From assembly GCF_023055435.1 (NCBI RefSeq), contig NW_025963857.1, positions 23,436,001-23,500,000 on the forward strand: 64,000 nucleotides of DNA, in the 5' to 3' direction. Numbering within the stretch: the first letter of the stretch is position 1; every line of letters begins with the position of its first letter. This document shows, one piece after another, positions 1 through 12,272 of this stretch. This DNA comes from Haliotis rufescens. Its lineage: Eukaryota. Under the pieces are notes generated by a model. It ran no database searches, was not told the origin of the DNA, and saw only the letters and a program-made list of their open reading frames with translations. Both the position numbers and the translations under genes were made by a program.

Positions 1-147
1 TACACATGCGAGCTGGTATCCATGAACATCGATTAAGGAAGTACAAGACAACGTATATAAAGGTGGCAAACAGACACACTCTCTCTGGCATCGTCGAACT
101 GCATTTCAAACAGTCCTCGATACTCAATGTTTAACCTATATTATTTA

Positions 148-313
148 GGGGCGGTCGGGTAGCCTAGTGGTTAAAGCGTTCGCTCGTTACGCCGAAGACA
201 CGGGTTCGATTTCCGACATGGGTACAATGTGTGTAGCCCATTGCTGGTGTCCCCCGCCGTGATATTGCTGGAATATTGCTAAAAGTGGCGTAAAACCATA
301 CTCACTCACTCAC
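148..313 (+). mobile_element. tRNA-derived SINE with (CACT)n tail and 14-bp TSD, one per unit
   Basis: Starts GGGGCGG. A-box TAGCCTAGTGG at 160-170, B-box-like GGTTCGATTTCC at 203-214, tail ACTCACTCACTCAC. The flanking direct repeat TTTAACCTATATTA lies at 130-143 and 314-327. Other copies start at 4613, 9078, 13543, 18008, 22473, 34370, 38833, 43307, 47763, 52219, 56675 and 61131. Confidence 0.9.
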
Positions 314-919
314 TTTAACCTATATTAAGTAAATATTCGATAATGGTCTGAAAAGTGTGTATCCAGTAAATATATGATGTGGGAGCAACATACATCAGAC
401 ATTATAATGCATCTGTGTGATACGACATAACATGAGACCAGAAAACTGACGCAATACACCAGTACAGCCTCGCCACAGTACAGCAGTAGCACTGTACCAC
501 ACGAGGTCAACTATGCTAACCGTTTCCGTGTAATACAGCAGCCTGCTCACAAGAAAATAGCTTCTGCTGAATATACTGCAGAAGTCCCCAGATACTACAT
601 TATTCTCCCCGAATTTTATTTATCTTACTGCACAATAACTATAAACTACAACAGCTTTATTTCCTAACTGAAAGGGACATATATTGGTTTCTTCTCACAA
701 AGGGACTGTCACTATGAATACTCACAACACCTTTATATGTGTGTAGTATCTGTTAAAAGCCGAAAGTACACCAGTGTCTTCTGAAAACATGATTGACATA
801 TGAACAACAGCTTGTTTTCTCGTCTTTGTTGACTTGTCTTTGTATGTGTTTGTGACGGTAGAACCGATGGGGCAGGATACGCTTACTTTTTGGCAACCGC
901 CAGGTATCATCACTATCTG

Positions 920-1189
920 GTTGGTTAGTTGGTTGGTTGGTTGTTTAACGCTGCACTCAGCAATATATTACTGCTATATGACGGCGGTCTGTAAATAATC
1001 GAGTCTGGACCAGACAATCCAGTGATTAAAATCATTAGCATCGATCCACCCAATTGGGATCGATGACATGCATCAACCAAGTCAGCGAGCCTGACCACCC
1101 GATCCCGTTAGTCGCCTTTTACGACAAGCATAGTCACCTTTTACGGCAAGCATGGGTTGCTGAAGACCTATATATTCTACCCCGGAATC
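920..1189 (-). mobile_element. Second SINE-like retroposon with (AACC)n tail, 9-bp TSD and no visible tRNA head, one per unit
   Basis: (GGTT)n run at 920-943 is the 3' tail on the minus strand. The flanking direct repeat CACTATCTG lies at 911-919 and 1190-1198. Its 3' end resembles that of the other SINE. Other copies start at 5385, 9850, 14315, 18780, 23245, 35142, 39605, 44079, 48535, 52991, 57447 and 61903. Confidence 0.8.
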
Positions 1190-3271
1190 CACTATCTGAT
1201 AGTCATTCATACGCACATGCTTGTGATCATTATAGTCGGAATCGTACAATGGTCTCTGCTTCGAGCAGAGCTTTCGAATGATTCTGAAAAGGGTTTTGTG
1301 GCGTTTATTTGCAACTGCGTTTCTTGAGAGAACTCTCTTATCTTCAACATATCATCTTGATAATTGTACACTTCATTATCAAGGAATTTGTGATAATACG
1401 AGCATCACTAAATTTGATATCTCAACTTTTAAAGATAACGCCTGAATATTGATATAATAATCATTCAATGATGACCCTTTAACTACATAAATCGTCAACG
1501 ACAGAGAATATTCAGGCTCGATTATCTGTTGAAACAGATTTCATTGGGTGTAAAAGGCAAGATTGTGCTAAAATGTATACTGAATATCAGTGATGTCACC
1601 AGGTGTTAGTGAATAGTTCATATTTGTTGGATGTTTCATGAGCTCCTCCGTCCGTTCCATCGTGTGCCAAATTGGGAGAATGTTGTCTTTTGACAATGTC
1701 TCAGCCATTCATACTTTTGCATATATACTTAATCACTGTTGCAAATAACTCACTTTAACGTGTTTTAATCTTCGGCTGAGTCTTAGGTCGTAAACATTAG
1801 AAGAAAGTATATAAATCGTCTCTACCCTTTACGTATGCCCTTGACATGATGAAGCAGTAGTGATAGTGATGATTGTGTTCTTTTAAGTCGTGTTTAGACC
1901 AAAACTCTTACCAAGAATAAAACACGCGCAAATCAGTTTGACAATGTGTAACTATATAAGGGTTGCCCAGAAAAACCGTACATCTAAAAGTAAAGACGTG
2001 TGTTTTCAGAAGAAAATGCTCTTAAAGTATAACACAAAGGTGTTTTCAAAGATAGACATGATCAAACGACTTGTTTTTACAGTCTGGTTGTTGTTATAAA
2101 GACTTATGACACGCTTTAAAGTTGGACCATTTATTCCGCTGAATTTCACTCTCTACAGTTACCAAATGCAATCTCCTTTGTATTGATAAATGATTGTCAC
2201 TTCTGCTTTGTAATCAAACAATAGGGATATATTAGCTATTTGTTTGTTCATTGTAATCTTCAATCCTACCAATCCAGTTCGGAATCTTCAAATTCGCGCT
2301 CTGATTTAATCAATATGTATTTTACAAATAGCGCCTACAGGGAAGGTGGTTAGTAAACACACAACTAAATATCTATATAGATACTTCTCCTATTAATTAC
2401 ATAAGCAGTATGCAAAATGTTAAATTGCATCATCAAATCAAGAAGTACATGTTTCATGGAAATTACAAATAATTCGTAGTTTGATAAGCTATACCCGGAC
2501 AAGCGTATTTAATAGATACTTTTGAATTCAATCGTTTTGTTTGTGTAATTGATAACCTGTAAAGATATGTTATTGTCATGGAAATTCCAACTGTATGCAT
2601 TCCCTTCTAACCAAAGCAGTAAGAATCTTGCAACATTTGTTTTGATGCTCTACATCACTATGGCTTTCGGGTTTGTTTTATTGCAGCAGCTCAGATATTA
2701 TTTATACAAAGCGCCATAACAACATGTAGATTGTATTCTGAATACAACTTTCGCTCATTTTCAAGGACAGCGCACACATTTGCATTTCAATACAGTGCAC
2801 ACTGTCTACCCCTTGATACCGTCAATGACTGCTTTGACAAAAATTGACACGCCTGCTTATTTGTTTCGCTGCATGTTTTTAAAATGCAAATTGAAATACA
2901 GACAGCCAATTCCAGATATTATGGTACTTCAAATGGCCATCAAACCCTTTCCTGGCAGCCCAAATGATACATTCCCGTGAAACATGAACTCGGGTAAGTG
3001 ACATTTGGTGGGAGATATATCAAGCATAAAATCCCTCCTCTTATCATCATGTCCGGTTTCCTCAGGAACTTAATAGCACATTTCAGTAGTTGATATCTTA
3101 GCTAGCAGTAAAACGCAATATCATTGAAGTGTGCTTGGATATTGGTCGACAACACGTACTATGTCCAGAGTTTACAATATGGAGAAACATAGATCACTCT
3201 TCCATTGTGAACATTCAATTCAGATTAAGATTTTCAAACAAATTTCAAGGCGTAAATAAATATGACAAGAT

Positions 3272-3277
3272 TTTATT
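3272..3277 (-). terminator. AATAAA polyadenylation signal of the Gly-rich gene (same position in each unit)
   Basis: AATAAA lies ~65 nt downstream of the predicted spliced stop codon at 3345-3343. Confidence 0.7.
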
Positions 3278-3342
3278 GAACCAATTCCATTGGTTTGAGA
3301 AAATACATAAATAGCCAGCATCACACTGCAGGTGATAATAAC

Positions 3343-3959
3343 TCAATAATAGCCGATACCTGAAACAAAAAAATAGTAGAATAAAGTTGGGATGTATGGA
3401 TAAGTCACAACGAAGTCTTGAAACTAGCTGCATGATAAACTATACCAAATATTAGAGAAAGCAGAGAATAGTTTTAAAGATGTTTTGTAAATGTCATCAG
3501 CTTTGTCGCTGAAAATAGTAATACCACATAGGTAAATTATGCAATTTTGCAAACGAGACTGGAGGTATATTTACGGATACGATAAACAAATGATATCATA
3601 TTTTGTGAAATACCTTTTCCCAATCCAATTCCGTATCCTCCCATTCCGTAGAGACCACCATAGCCCCCGAGTCCTCCGTACAGACCTCCCATGCCGTATC
3701 CGTATTTGCCTCCGTATAGACCTCCCATGCCTCCGTATATACCTCCCATGCCTCCGTATAGACCTCCCATGCCTCCGTATAGACCTCCATAGCCTCCAAG
3801 ACCTCCAAGACCTCCAAGGCCTCCGTACAATCCACCCATTCCGTAGCCAATTCCGCCCAGTCCTCCTTTCAACCCGCCAATTCCACCATACAGACCGGTA
3901 GGCTCGGCAAAGGCGGTAACAGCCAGGCAGGCAACAAGAGCGGCGACTATCTTCATCAT
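3343..3959 (-). CDS. Secreted Gly/Tyr-rich repetitive protein, copy 1, 120 aa; complement(join(3343..3359,3614..3959))
   Basis: Hydrophobic signal peptide MMKIVAALVACLAVTAFA with an A-x-A cleavage motif, then GGLYGGM/GGL/GGY repeats. Donor AAAG|GTATTT at 3614/3613 and acceptor TTTTTTTGTTTCAG|G at 3360/3359 give in-frame GIGYY-stop. An acceptor also lies 9 nt upstream of the ATG. Confidence 0.9.
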
Positions 3960-4325
3960 TTTGAGTATCTATTGAGTAACGGGAAAATTATTGTCAAGAA
4001 AGGTAAAATAGCATGTTATCGTTACTCATCTGGTAAATTCAGTTCACACCACTCATTGTGAATTATGTTATCAGTTTTGCTTTCACCCGCATTCATATAT
4101 TTCTCAATTTACAAGAACGTCTTATGTTACATATTCGGACTTTTATGAATTGGCTCAACATAAAGATTGAAAACAGCCTGATGCGCAGCAGATGAATCAA
4201 AAATTAAAAGTATACATATATATCACAAGCAAAATTTAAATTAGTACTTGCAGTTTGGTCTTTACTCGTATCTGTGTCTCAACGGCAGGTGAAGATAAGA
4301 GATGATGGAACAGTTTCCCCCGTCC

Positions 4326-4335
4326 TTTATATATA
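4326..4335 (-). promoter_or_regulatory. TATA box of the Gly-rich gene; predicted TSS ~4303 and a short non-coding exon 1 (same in each unit)
   Basis: The minus strand reads TATATATAAAGG, with an Inr-like TCATCT ~30 nt downstream. Candidate donors are GA|GTAAAG (4266/4265) or AA|GTACTA (4248/4247). The acceptor TTTTCCCGTTACTCAATAG|A is at 3969/3968. Confidence 0.7.
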
Positions 4336-7300
4336 CCATTTGTGAATTATACGTGATTGATTTACCTTGGGCTGACCACTTCCAGGTAAGTAACGCACCT
4401 CAGCTTAATGGTGTAAAGTAAGCATTCTTTTCGCATCAAAGGGCCCGAGGTTATCACCCTACGGGTACACATGCGAGCTGGTATCCATGAACATCGATTA
4501 AGGAAGTACAAGACAACGTATATAAAGGTGGCAAACAGACACACTCTCTCTGGCATCGTCGAACTGCATTTCAAACAGTCCTCGATACTCAATGTTTAAC
4601 CTATATTATTTAGGGGCGGTCGGGTAGCCTAGTGGTTAAAGCGTTCGCTCGTTACGCCGAAGACACGGGTTCGATTTCCGACATGGGTACAATGTGTGTA
4701 GCCCATTGCTGGTGTCCCCCGCCGTGATATTGCTGGAATATTGCTAAAAGTGGCGTAAAACCATACTCACTCACTCACTTTAACCTATATTAAGTAAATA
4801 TTCGATAATGGTCTGAAAAGTGTGTATCCAGTAAATATATGATGTGGGAGCAACATACATCAGACATTATAATGCATCTGTGTGATACGACATAACATGA
4901 GACCAGAAAACTGACGCAACACACCAGTACAGCCTCGCCACAGTACAGCAGTAGCACTGTACCACACGAGGTCAACTATGCTAACCGTTTCCGTGTAATA
5001 CAGCAGCCTGCTCACAAGAAAATAGCTTCTGCTGAATATACTGCAGAAGTCCCCAGATACTACATTATTCTCCCCGAATTTTATTTATCTTACTGCACAA
5101 TAACTATAAACTACAACAGCTTTATTTCCTAACTGAAAGGGACATATATTGGTTTCTTCTCACAAAGGGACTGTCACTATGAATACTCACAACACCTTTA
5201 TATGTGTGTAGTATCTGTTAAAAGCCGAAAGTACACCAGTGTCTTCTGAAAACATGATTGACATATGAACAACAGCTTGTTTTCTCGTCTTTGTTGACTT
5301 GTCTTTGTATGTGTTTGTGACGGTAGAACCGATGGGGCAGGATACGCTTACTTTTTGGCAACCGCCAGGTATCATCACTATCTGGTTGGTTAGTTGGTTG
5401 GTTGGTTGTTTAACGCTGCACTCAGCAATATATTACTGCTATATGACGGCGGTCTGTAAATAATCGAGTCTGGACCAGACAATCCAGTGATTAAAATCAT
5501 TAGCATCGATCCACCCAATTGGGATCGATGACATGCATCAACCAAGTCAGCGAGCCTGACCACCCGATCCCGTTAGTCGCCTTTTACGACAAGCATAGTC
5601 ACCTTTTACGGCAAGCATGGGTTGCTGAAGACCTATATATTCTACCCCGGAATCCACTATCTGATAGTCATTCATACGCACATGCTTGTGATCATTATAG
5701 TCGGAATCGTACAATGGTCTCTGCTTCGAGCAGAGCTTTCGAATGATTCTGAAAAGGGTTTTGTGGCGTTTATTTGCAACTGCGTTTCTTGAGAGAACTC
5801 TCTTATCTTCAACATATCATCTTGATAATTGTACACTTCATTATCAAGGAATTTGTGATAATACGAGCATCACTAAATTTGATATCTCAACTTTTATAGA
5901 TAACGCCTGAATATTGATATAATAATCATTCAATGATGACCCTTCAACTACATAAATCGTCAACGACAGAGAATATTCAGGCTCGATTATCTGTTGAAAC
6001 AGATTTCATTGGGTGTAAAAGGCAAGATTGTGCTAAAATGTATACTGAATATCAGTGATGTCACCAGGTGTTAGTGAATAGTTCATATTTGTTGGATGTT
6101 TCATGAGCTCCTCCGTCCGTTCCATCGTGTGCCAAATTGGGAGAATGTTGTCTTTTGACAATGTCTCAGCCATTCATACTTTTGCATATATACTTAATCA
6201 CTGTTGCAAATAACTCACTTTAACGTGTTTTAATCTTCGGCTGAGTCTTAGGTCGTAAACATTAGAAGAAAGTATATAAATCGTCTCTACCCTTTACGTA
6301 TGCCCTTGACATGATGAAGCAGTAGTGATAGTGATGATTGTGTTCTTTTAAGTCGTGTTTAGACCAAAACTCTTACCAAGAATAAAACACGCGCAAATCA
6401 GTTTGACAATGTGTAACTATATAAGGGTTGCCCAGAAAAACCGTACATCTAAAAGTAAAGACGTGTGTTTTCAGAAGAAAATGCTCTTAAAGTATAACAC
6501 AAAGGTGTTTTCAAAGATAGACATGATCAAACGACTTGTTTTTACAGTCTGGTTGTTGTTATAAAGACTTATGACACGCTTTAAAGTTGGACCATTTATT
6601 CCGCTGAATTTCACTCTCTACAGTTACCAAATGCAATCTCCTTTGTATTGATAAATGATTGTCACTTCTGCTTTGTAATCAAACAATAGGGATATATTAG
6701 CTATTTGTTTGTTCATTGTAATCTTCAATCCTACCAATCCAGTTCGGAATCTTCAAATTCGCGCTCTGATTTAATCAATATGTATTTTACAAATAGCGCC
6801 TACAGGGAAGGTGGTTAGTAAACACACAACTAAATATCTATATAGATACTTCTCCTATTAATTACATAAGCAGTATGCAAAATGTTAAATTGCATCATCA
6901 AATCAAGAAGTACATGTTTGATGGAAATTACAAATAATTCGTAGTTTGATAAGCTATACCCGGACAAGCGTATTTAATAGATACTTTTGAATTCAATCGT
7001 TTTGTTTGTGTAATTGATAAACTGTAAAGATATGTTATTGTCATGGAAATTCCAACTGTATGCATTCCCTTCTAACCAAAGCAGTAAGAATCTTGCAACA
7101 TTTGTTTTGATGCTCTACATCACTATGGCTTTCGGGTTTGTTTTATTGCAGCAGCTCAGATATTATTTATACAAAGCGCCATAACAACATGTAGATTGTA
7201 TTCTGAATACAACTTTCGCTCATTTTCAAGGACAGCGCACACATTTGCATTTCAATACAGTGCACACTGTCTACCCCTTGATACCGTCAATGACTGCTTT

Positions 7301-7807
7301 GACAAAAATTGACACGCCTGCTTATTTGTTTCGCTGCATGTTTTTAAAATGCAAATTGAAATACAGACAGCCAATTCCAGATATTATGGTACTTCAAATG
7401 GCCATCAAACCCTTTCCTGGCAGCCCAAATGATACATTCCCGTGAAACATGAACTCGGGTAAGTGACATTTGGTGGGAGATATATCAAGCATAAAATCCC
7501 TCCTCTTATCATCATGTCCGGTTTCCTCAGGAACTTAATAGCACATTTCAGTAGTTGATATCTTAGCTAGCAGTAAAACGCAATATCATTGAAGTGTGCT
7601 TGGATATTGGTCGACAACACGTACTATGTCCAGAGTTTACAATATGGAGAAACATAGATCACTCTTCCATTGTGAACATTCAATTCAGATTAAGATTTTC
7701 AAACAAATTTCAAGGCGTAAATAAATATGACAAGATTTTATTGAACCAATTCCATTGGTTTGAGAAAATACATAAATAGCCAGCATCACACTGCAGGTGA
7801 TAATAAC

Positions 7808-8424
7808 TCAATAATAGCCGATACCTGAAACAAAAAAATAGTAGAATAAAGTTGGGATGTATGGATAAGTCACAACGAAGTCTTGAAACTAGCTGCATGA
7901 TAAACTATACCAAATATTAGAGAAAGCAGAGAATAGTTTTAAAGATGTTTTGTAAATGTCATCAGCTTTGTCGCTGAAAATAGTAATACCACATAGGTAA
8001 ATTATGCAATTTTGCAAACGAGACTGGAGGTATATTTACGGATACGATAAACAAATGATATCATATTTTGTGAAATACCTTTTCCCAATCCAATTCCGTA
8101 TCCTCCCATTCCGTAGAGACCACCATAGCCCCCGAGTCCTCCGTACAGACCTCCCATGCCGTATCCGTATTTGCCTCCGTATAGACCTCCCATGCCTCCG
8201 TATATACCTCCCATGCCTCCGTATAGACCTCCCATGCCTCCGTATAGACCTCCATAGCCTCCAAGACCTCCAAGACCTCCAAGGCCTCCGTACAATCCAC
8301 CCATTCCGTAGCCAATTCCGCCCAGTCCTCCTTTCAACCCGCCAATTCCACCATACAGACCGGTAGGCTCGGCAAAGGCGGTAACAGCCAGGCAGGCAAC
8401 AAGAGCGGCGACTATCTTCATCAT
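7808..8424 (-). CDS. Secreted Gly/Tyr-rich protein, copy 2, 120 aa; exons 8079..8424 and 7808..7824
   Basis: Same protein and splice sites as copy 1, offset +4465. Confidence 0.9.
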
Positions 8425-11400
8425 TTTGAGTATCTATTGAGTAACGGGAAAATTATTGTCAAGAAAGGTAAAATAGCATGTTATCGTTACTCATCTGGTA
8501 AATTCAGTTCACACCACTCATTGTGAATTATGTTATCAGTTTTGCTTTCACCCGCATTCATATATTTCTCAATTTACAAGAACGTCTTATGTTACATATT
8601 CGGACTTTTATGAATTGGCTCAACATAAAGATTGAAAACAGCCTGATGCGCAGCAGATGAATCAAAAATTAAAAGTATACATATATATCACAAGCAAAAT
8701 TTAAATTAGTACTTGCAGTTTGGTCTTTACTCGTATCTGTGTCTCAACGGCAGGTGAAGATAAGAGATGATGGAACAGTTTCCCCCGTCCTTTATATATA
8801 CCATTTGTGAATTATACGTGATTGATTTACCTTGGGCTGACCACTTCCAGGTAAGTAACACACCTCAGCTTAATGGTGTAAAGTAAGCATTCTTTTCGCA
8901 TCAAAGGGCCCGAGGTTATCACCCTACGGGTACACATGCGAGCTGGTATCCATGAACATCGATTAAGGAAGTACAAGACAACGTATATAAAGGTGGCAAA
9001 CAGACACACTCTCTCTGGCATCGTCGAACTGCATTTCAAACAGTCCTCGATACTCAATGTTTAACCTATATTATTTAGGGGCGGTCGGGTAGCCTAGTGG
9101 TTAAAGCGTTCGCTCGTTACGCCGAAGACACGGGTTCGATTTCCGACATGGGTACAATGTGTGTAGCCCATTGCTGGTGTCCCCCGCCGTGATATTGCTG
9201 GAATATTGCTAAAAGTGGCGTAAAACCATACTCACTCACTCACTTTAACCTATATTAAGTAAATATTCGATAATGGTCTGAAAAGTGTGTATCCAGTAAA
9301 TATATGATGTGGGAGCAACATACATCAGACATTATAATGCATCTGTGTGATACGACATAACATGAGACCAGAAAACTGACGCAACACACCAGTACAGCCT
9401 CGCCACAGTACAGCAGTAGCACTGTACCACACGAGGTCAACTATGCTAACCGTTTCCGTGTAATACAGCAGCCTGCTCACAAGAAAATAGCTTCTGCTGA
9501 ATATACTGCAGAAGTCCCCAGATACTACATTATTCTCCCCGAATTTTATTTATCTTACTGCACAATAACTATAAACTACAACAGCTTTATTTCCTAACTG
9601 AAAGGGACATATATTGGTTTCTTCTCACAAAGGGACTGTCACTATGAATACTCACAACACCTTTATATGTGTGTAGTATCTGTTAAAAGCCGAAAGTACA
9701 CCAGTGTCTTCTGAAAACATGATTGACATATGAACAACAGCTTGTTTTCTCGTCTTTGTTGACTTGTCTTTGTATGTGTTTGTGACGGTAGAACCGATGG
9801 GGCAGGATACGCTTACTTTTTGGCAACCGCCAGGTATCATCACTATCTGGTTGGTTAGTTGGTTGGTTGGTTGTTTAACGCTGCACTCAGCAATATATTA
9901 CTGCTATATGACGGCGGTCTGTAAATAATCGAGTCTGGACCAGACAATCCAGTGATTAAAATCATTAGCATCGATCCACCCAATTGGGATCGATGACATG
10001 CATCAACCAAGTCAGCGAGCCTGACCACCCGATCCCGTTAGTCGCCTTTTACGACAAGCATAGTCACCTTTTACGGCAAGCATGGGTTGCTGAAGACCTA
10101 TATATTCTACCCCGGAATCCACTATCTGATAGTCATTCATACGCACATGCTTGTGATCATTATAGTCGGAATCGTACAATGGTCTCTGCTTCGAGCAGAG
10201 CTTTCGAATGATTCTGAAAAGGGTTTTGTGGCGTTTATTTGCAACTGCGTTTCTTGAGAGATCTCTCTTATCTTCAACATATCATCTTGATAATTGTACA
10301 CTTCATTATCAAGGAATTTGTGATAATACGAGCATCACTAAATTTGATATCTCAACTTTTATAGATAACGCCTGAATATTGATATAATAATCATTCAATG
10401 ATGACCCTTTAACTACATAAATCGTCAACGACAGAGAATATTCAGGCTCGATTATCTGTTGAAACAGATTTCATTGGGTGTAAAAGGCAAGATTGTGCTA
10501 AAATGTATACTGAATATCAGTGATGTCACCAGGTGTTAGTGAATAGTTCATATTTGTTGGATGTTTCATGAGCTCCTCCGTCCGTTCCATCGTGTGCCAA
10601 ATTGGGAGAATGTTGTCTTTTGACAATGTCTCAGCCATTCATACTTTTGCATATATACTTAATCACTGTTGCAAATAACTCACTTTAACGTGTTTTAATC
10701 TTCGGCTGAGTCTTAGGTCGTAAACATTAGAAGAAAGTATATAAATCGTCTCTACCCTTTACGTATGCCCTTGACATGATGAAGCAGTAGTGATAGTGAT
10801 GATTGTGTTCTTTTAAGTCGTGTTTAGACCAAAACTCTTACCAAGAATAAAACACGCGCAAATCAGTTTGACAATGTGTAACTATATAAGGGTTGCCCAG
10901 AAAAACCGTACATCTAAAAGTAAAGACGTGTGTTTTCAGAAGAAAATGCTCTTAAAGTATAACACAAAGGTGTTTTCAAAGATAGACATGATCAAACGAC
11001 TTGTTTTTACAGTCTGGTTGTTGTTATAAAGACTTATGACACGCTTTAAAGTTGGACCATTTATTCCGCTGAATTTCACTCTCTACAGTTACCAAATGCA
11101 ATCTCCTTTGTATTGATAAATGATTGTCACTTCTGCTTTGTAATCAAACAATAGGGATATATTAGCTATTTGTTTGTTCATTGTAATCTTCAATCCTACC
11201 AATCCAGTTCGGAATCTTCAAATTCGCGCTCTGATTTAATCAATATGTATTTTACAAATAGCGCCTACAGGGAAGGTGGTTAGTAAACACACAACTAAAT
11301 ATCTATATAGATACTTCTCCTATTAATTACATAAGCAGTATGCAAAATGTTAAATTGCATCATCAAATCAAGAAGTACATGTTTGATGGAAATTACAAAT

Positions 11401-12272
11401 AATTCGTAGTTTGATAAGCTATACCCGGACAAGCGTATTTAATAGATACTTTTGAATTCAATCGTTTTGTTTGTGTAATTGATAAACTGTAAAGATATGT
11501 TATTGTCATGGAAATTCCAACTGTATGCATTCCCTTCTAACCAAAGCAGTAAGAATCTTGCAACATTTGTTTTGATGCTCTACATCACTATGGCTTTCGG
11601 GTTTGTTTTATTGCAGCAGCTCAGATATTATTTATACAAAGCGCCATAACAACATGTAGATTGTATTCTGAATACAACTTTCGCTCATTTTCAAGGACAG
11701 CGCACACATTTGCATTTCAATACAGTGCACACTGTCTACCCCTTGATACCGTCAATGACTGCTTTGACAAAAATTGACACGCCTGCTTATTTGTTTCGCT
11801 GCATGTTTTTAAAATGCAAATTGAAATACAGACAGCCAATTCCAGATATTATGGTACTTCAAATGGCCATCAAACCCTTTCCTGGCAGCCCAAATGATAC
11901 ATTCCCGTGAAACATGAACTCGGGTAAGTGACATTTGGTGGGAGATATATCAAGCATAAAATCCCTCCTCTTATCATCATGTCCGGTTTCCTCAGGAACT
12001 TAATAGCACATTTCAGTAGTTGATATCTTAGCTAGCAGTAAAACGCAATATCATTGAAGTGTGCTTGGATATTGGTCGACAACACGTACTATGTCCAGAG
12101 TTTACAATATGGAGAAACATAGATCACTCTTCCATTGTGAACATTCAATTCAGATTAAGATTTTCAAACAAATTTCAAGGCGTAAATAAATATGACAAGA
12201 TTTTATTGAACCAATTCCATTGGTTTGAGAAAATACATAAATAGCCAGCATCACACTGCAGGTGATAATAAC

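Noticed and set aside
148-225. Possible tRNA gene
   Set aside because: It has A/B boxes but no convincing acceptor stem. It continues into a SINE body with a microsatellite tail and TSD.
325-3314. Recurrent 61-76 aa ORFs in the spacer (and 4362-4592)
   Set aside because: They recur only because the unit is repeated. Several start at non-ATG codons, have no recognisable motifs, and are broken by stops or indels in individual units (e.g. near 37049, 39428, 50796).
3537-3613. ORF-track C-terminal tail ISQNMISFVYRIRKYTSSLVCKIA
   Set aside because: It lies beyond a good splice donor, breaks the composition and collects missense variants, so it is best read as intron.
3680-3830. CRISPR-like or other repeat-spacer array
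   Set aside because: The short repeats are contiguous coding repeats without unique spacers, and no cas genes are present.
3539-3901. Antisense ORF (120 aa, LRIDLPC repeats) and alternative-frame ORF 3596-3850 (EVYTEAW repeats) over the Gly-rich exon, in every copy
   Set aside because: These are shadows of the 21-bp and 9-bp codon repeats, which happen to lack stops in those frames. They have no independent promoter, signal peptide or domain.
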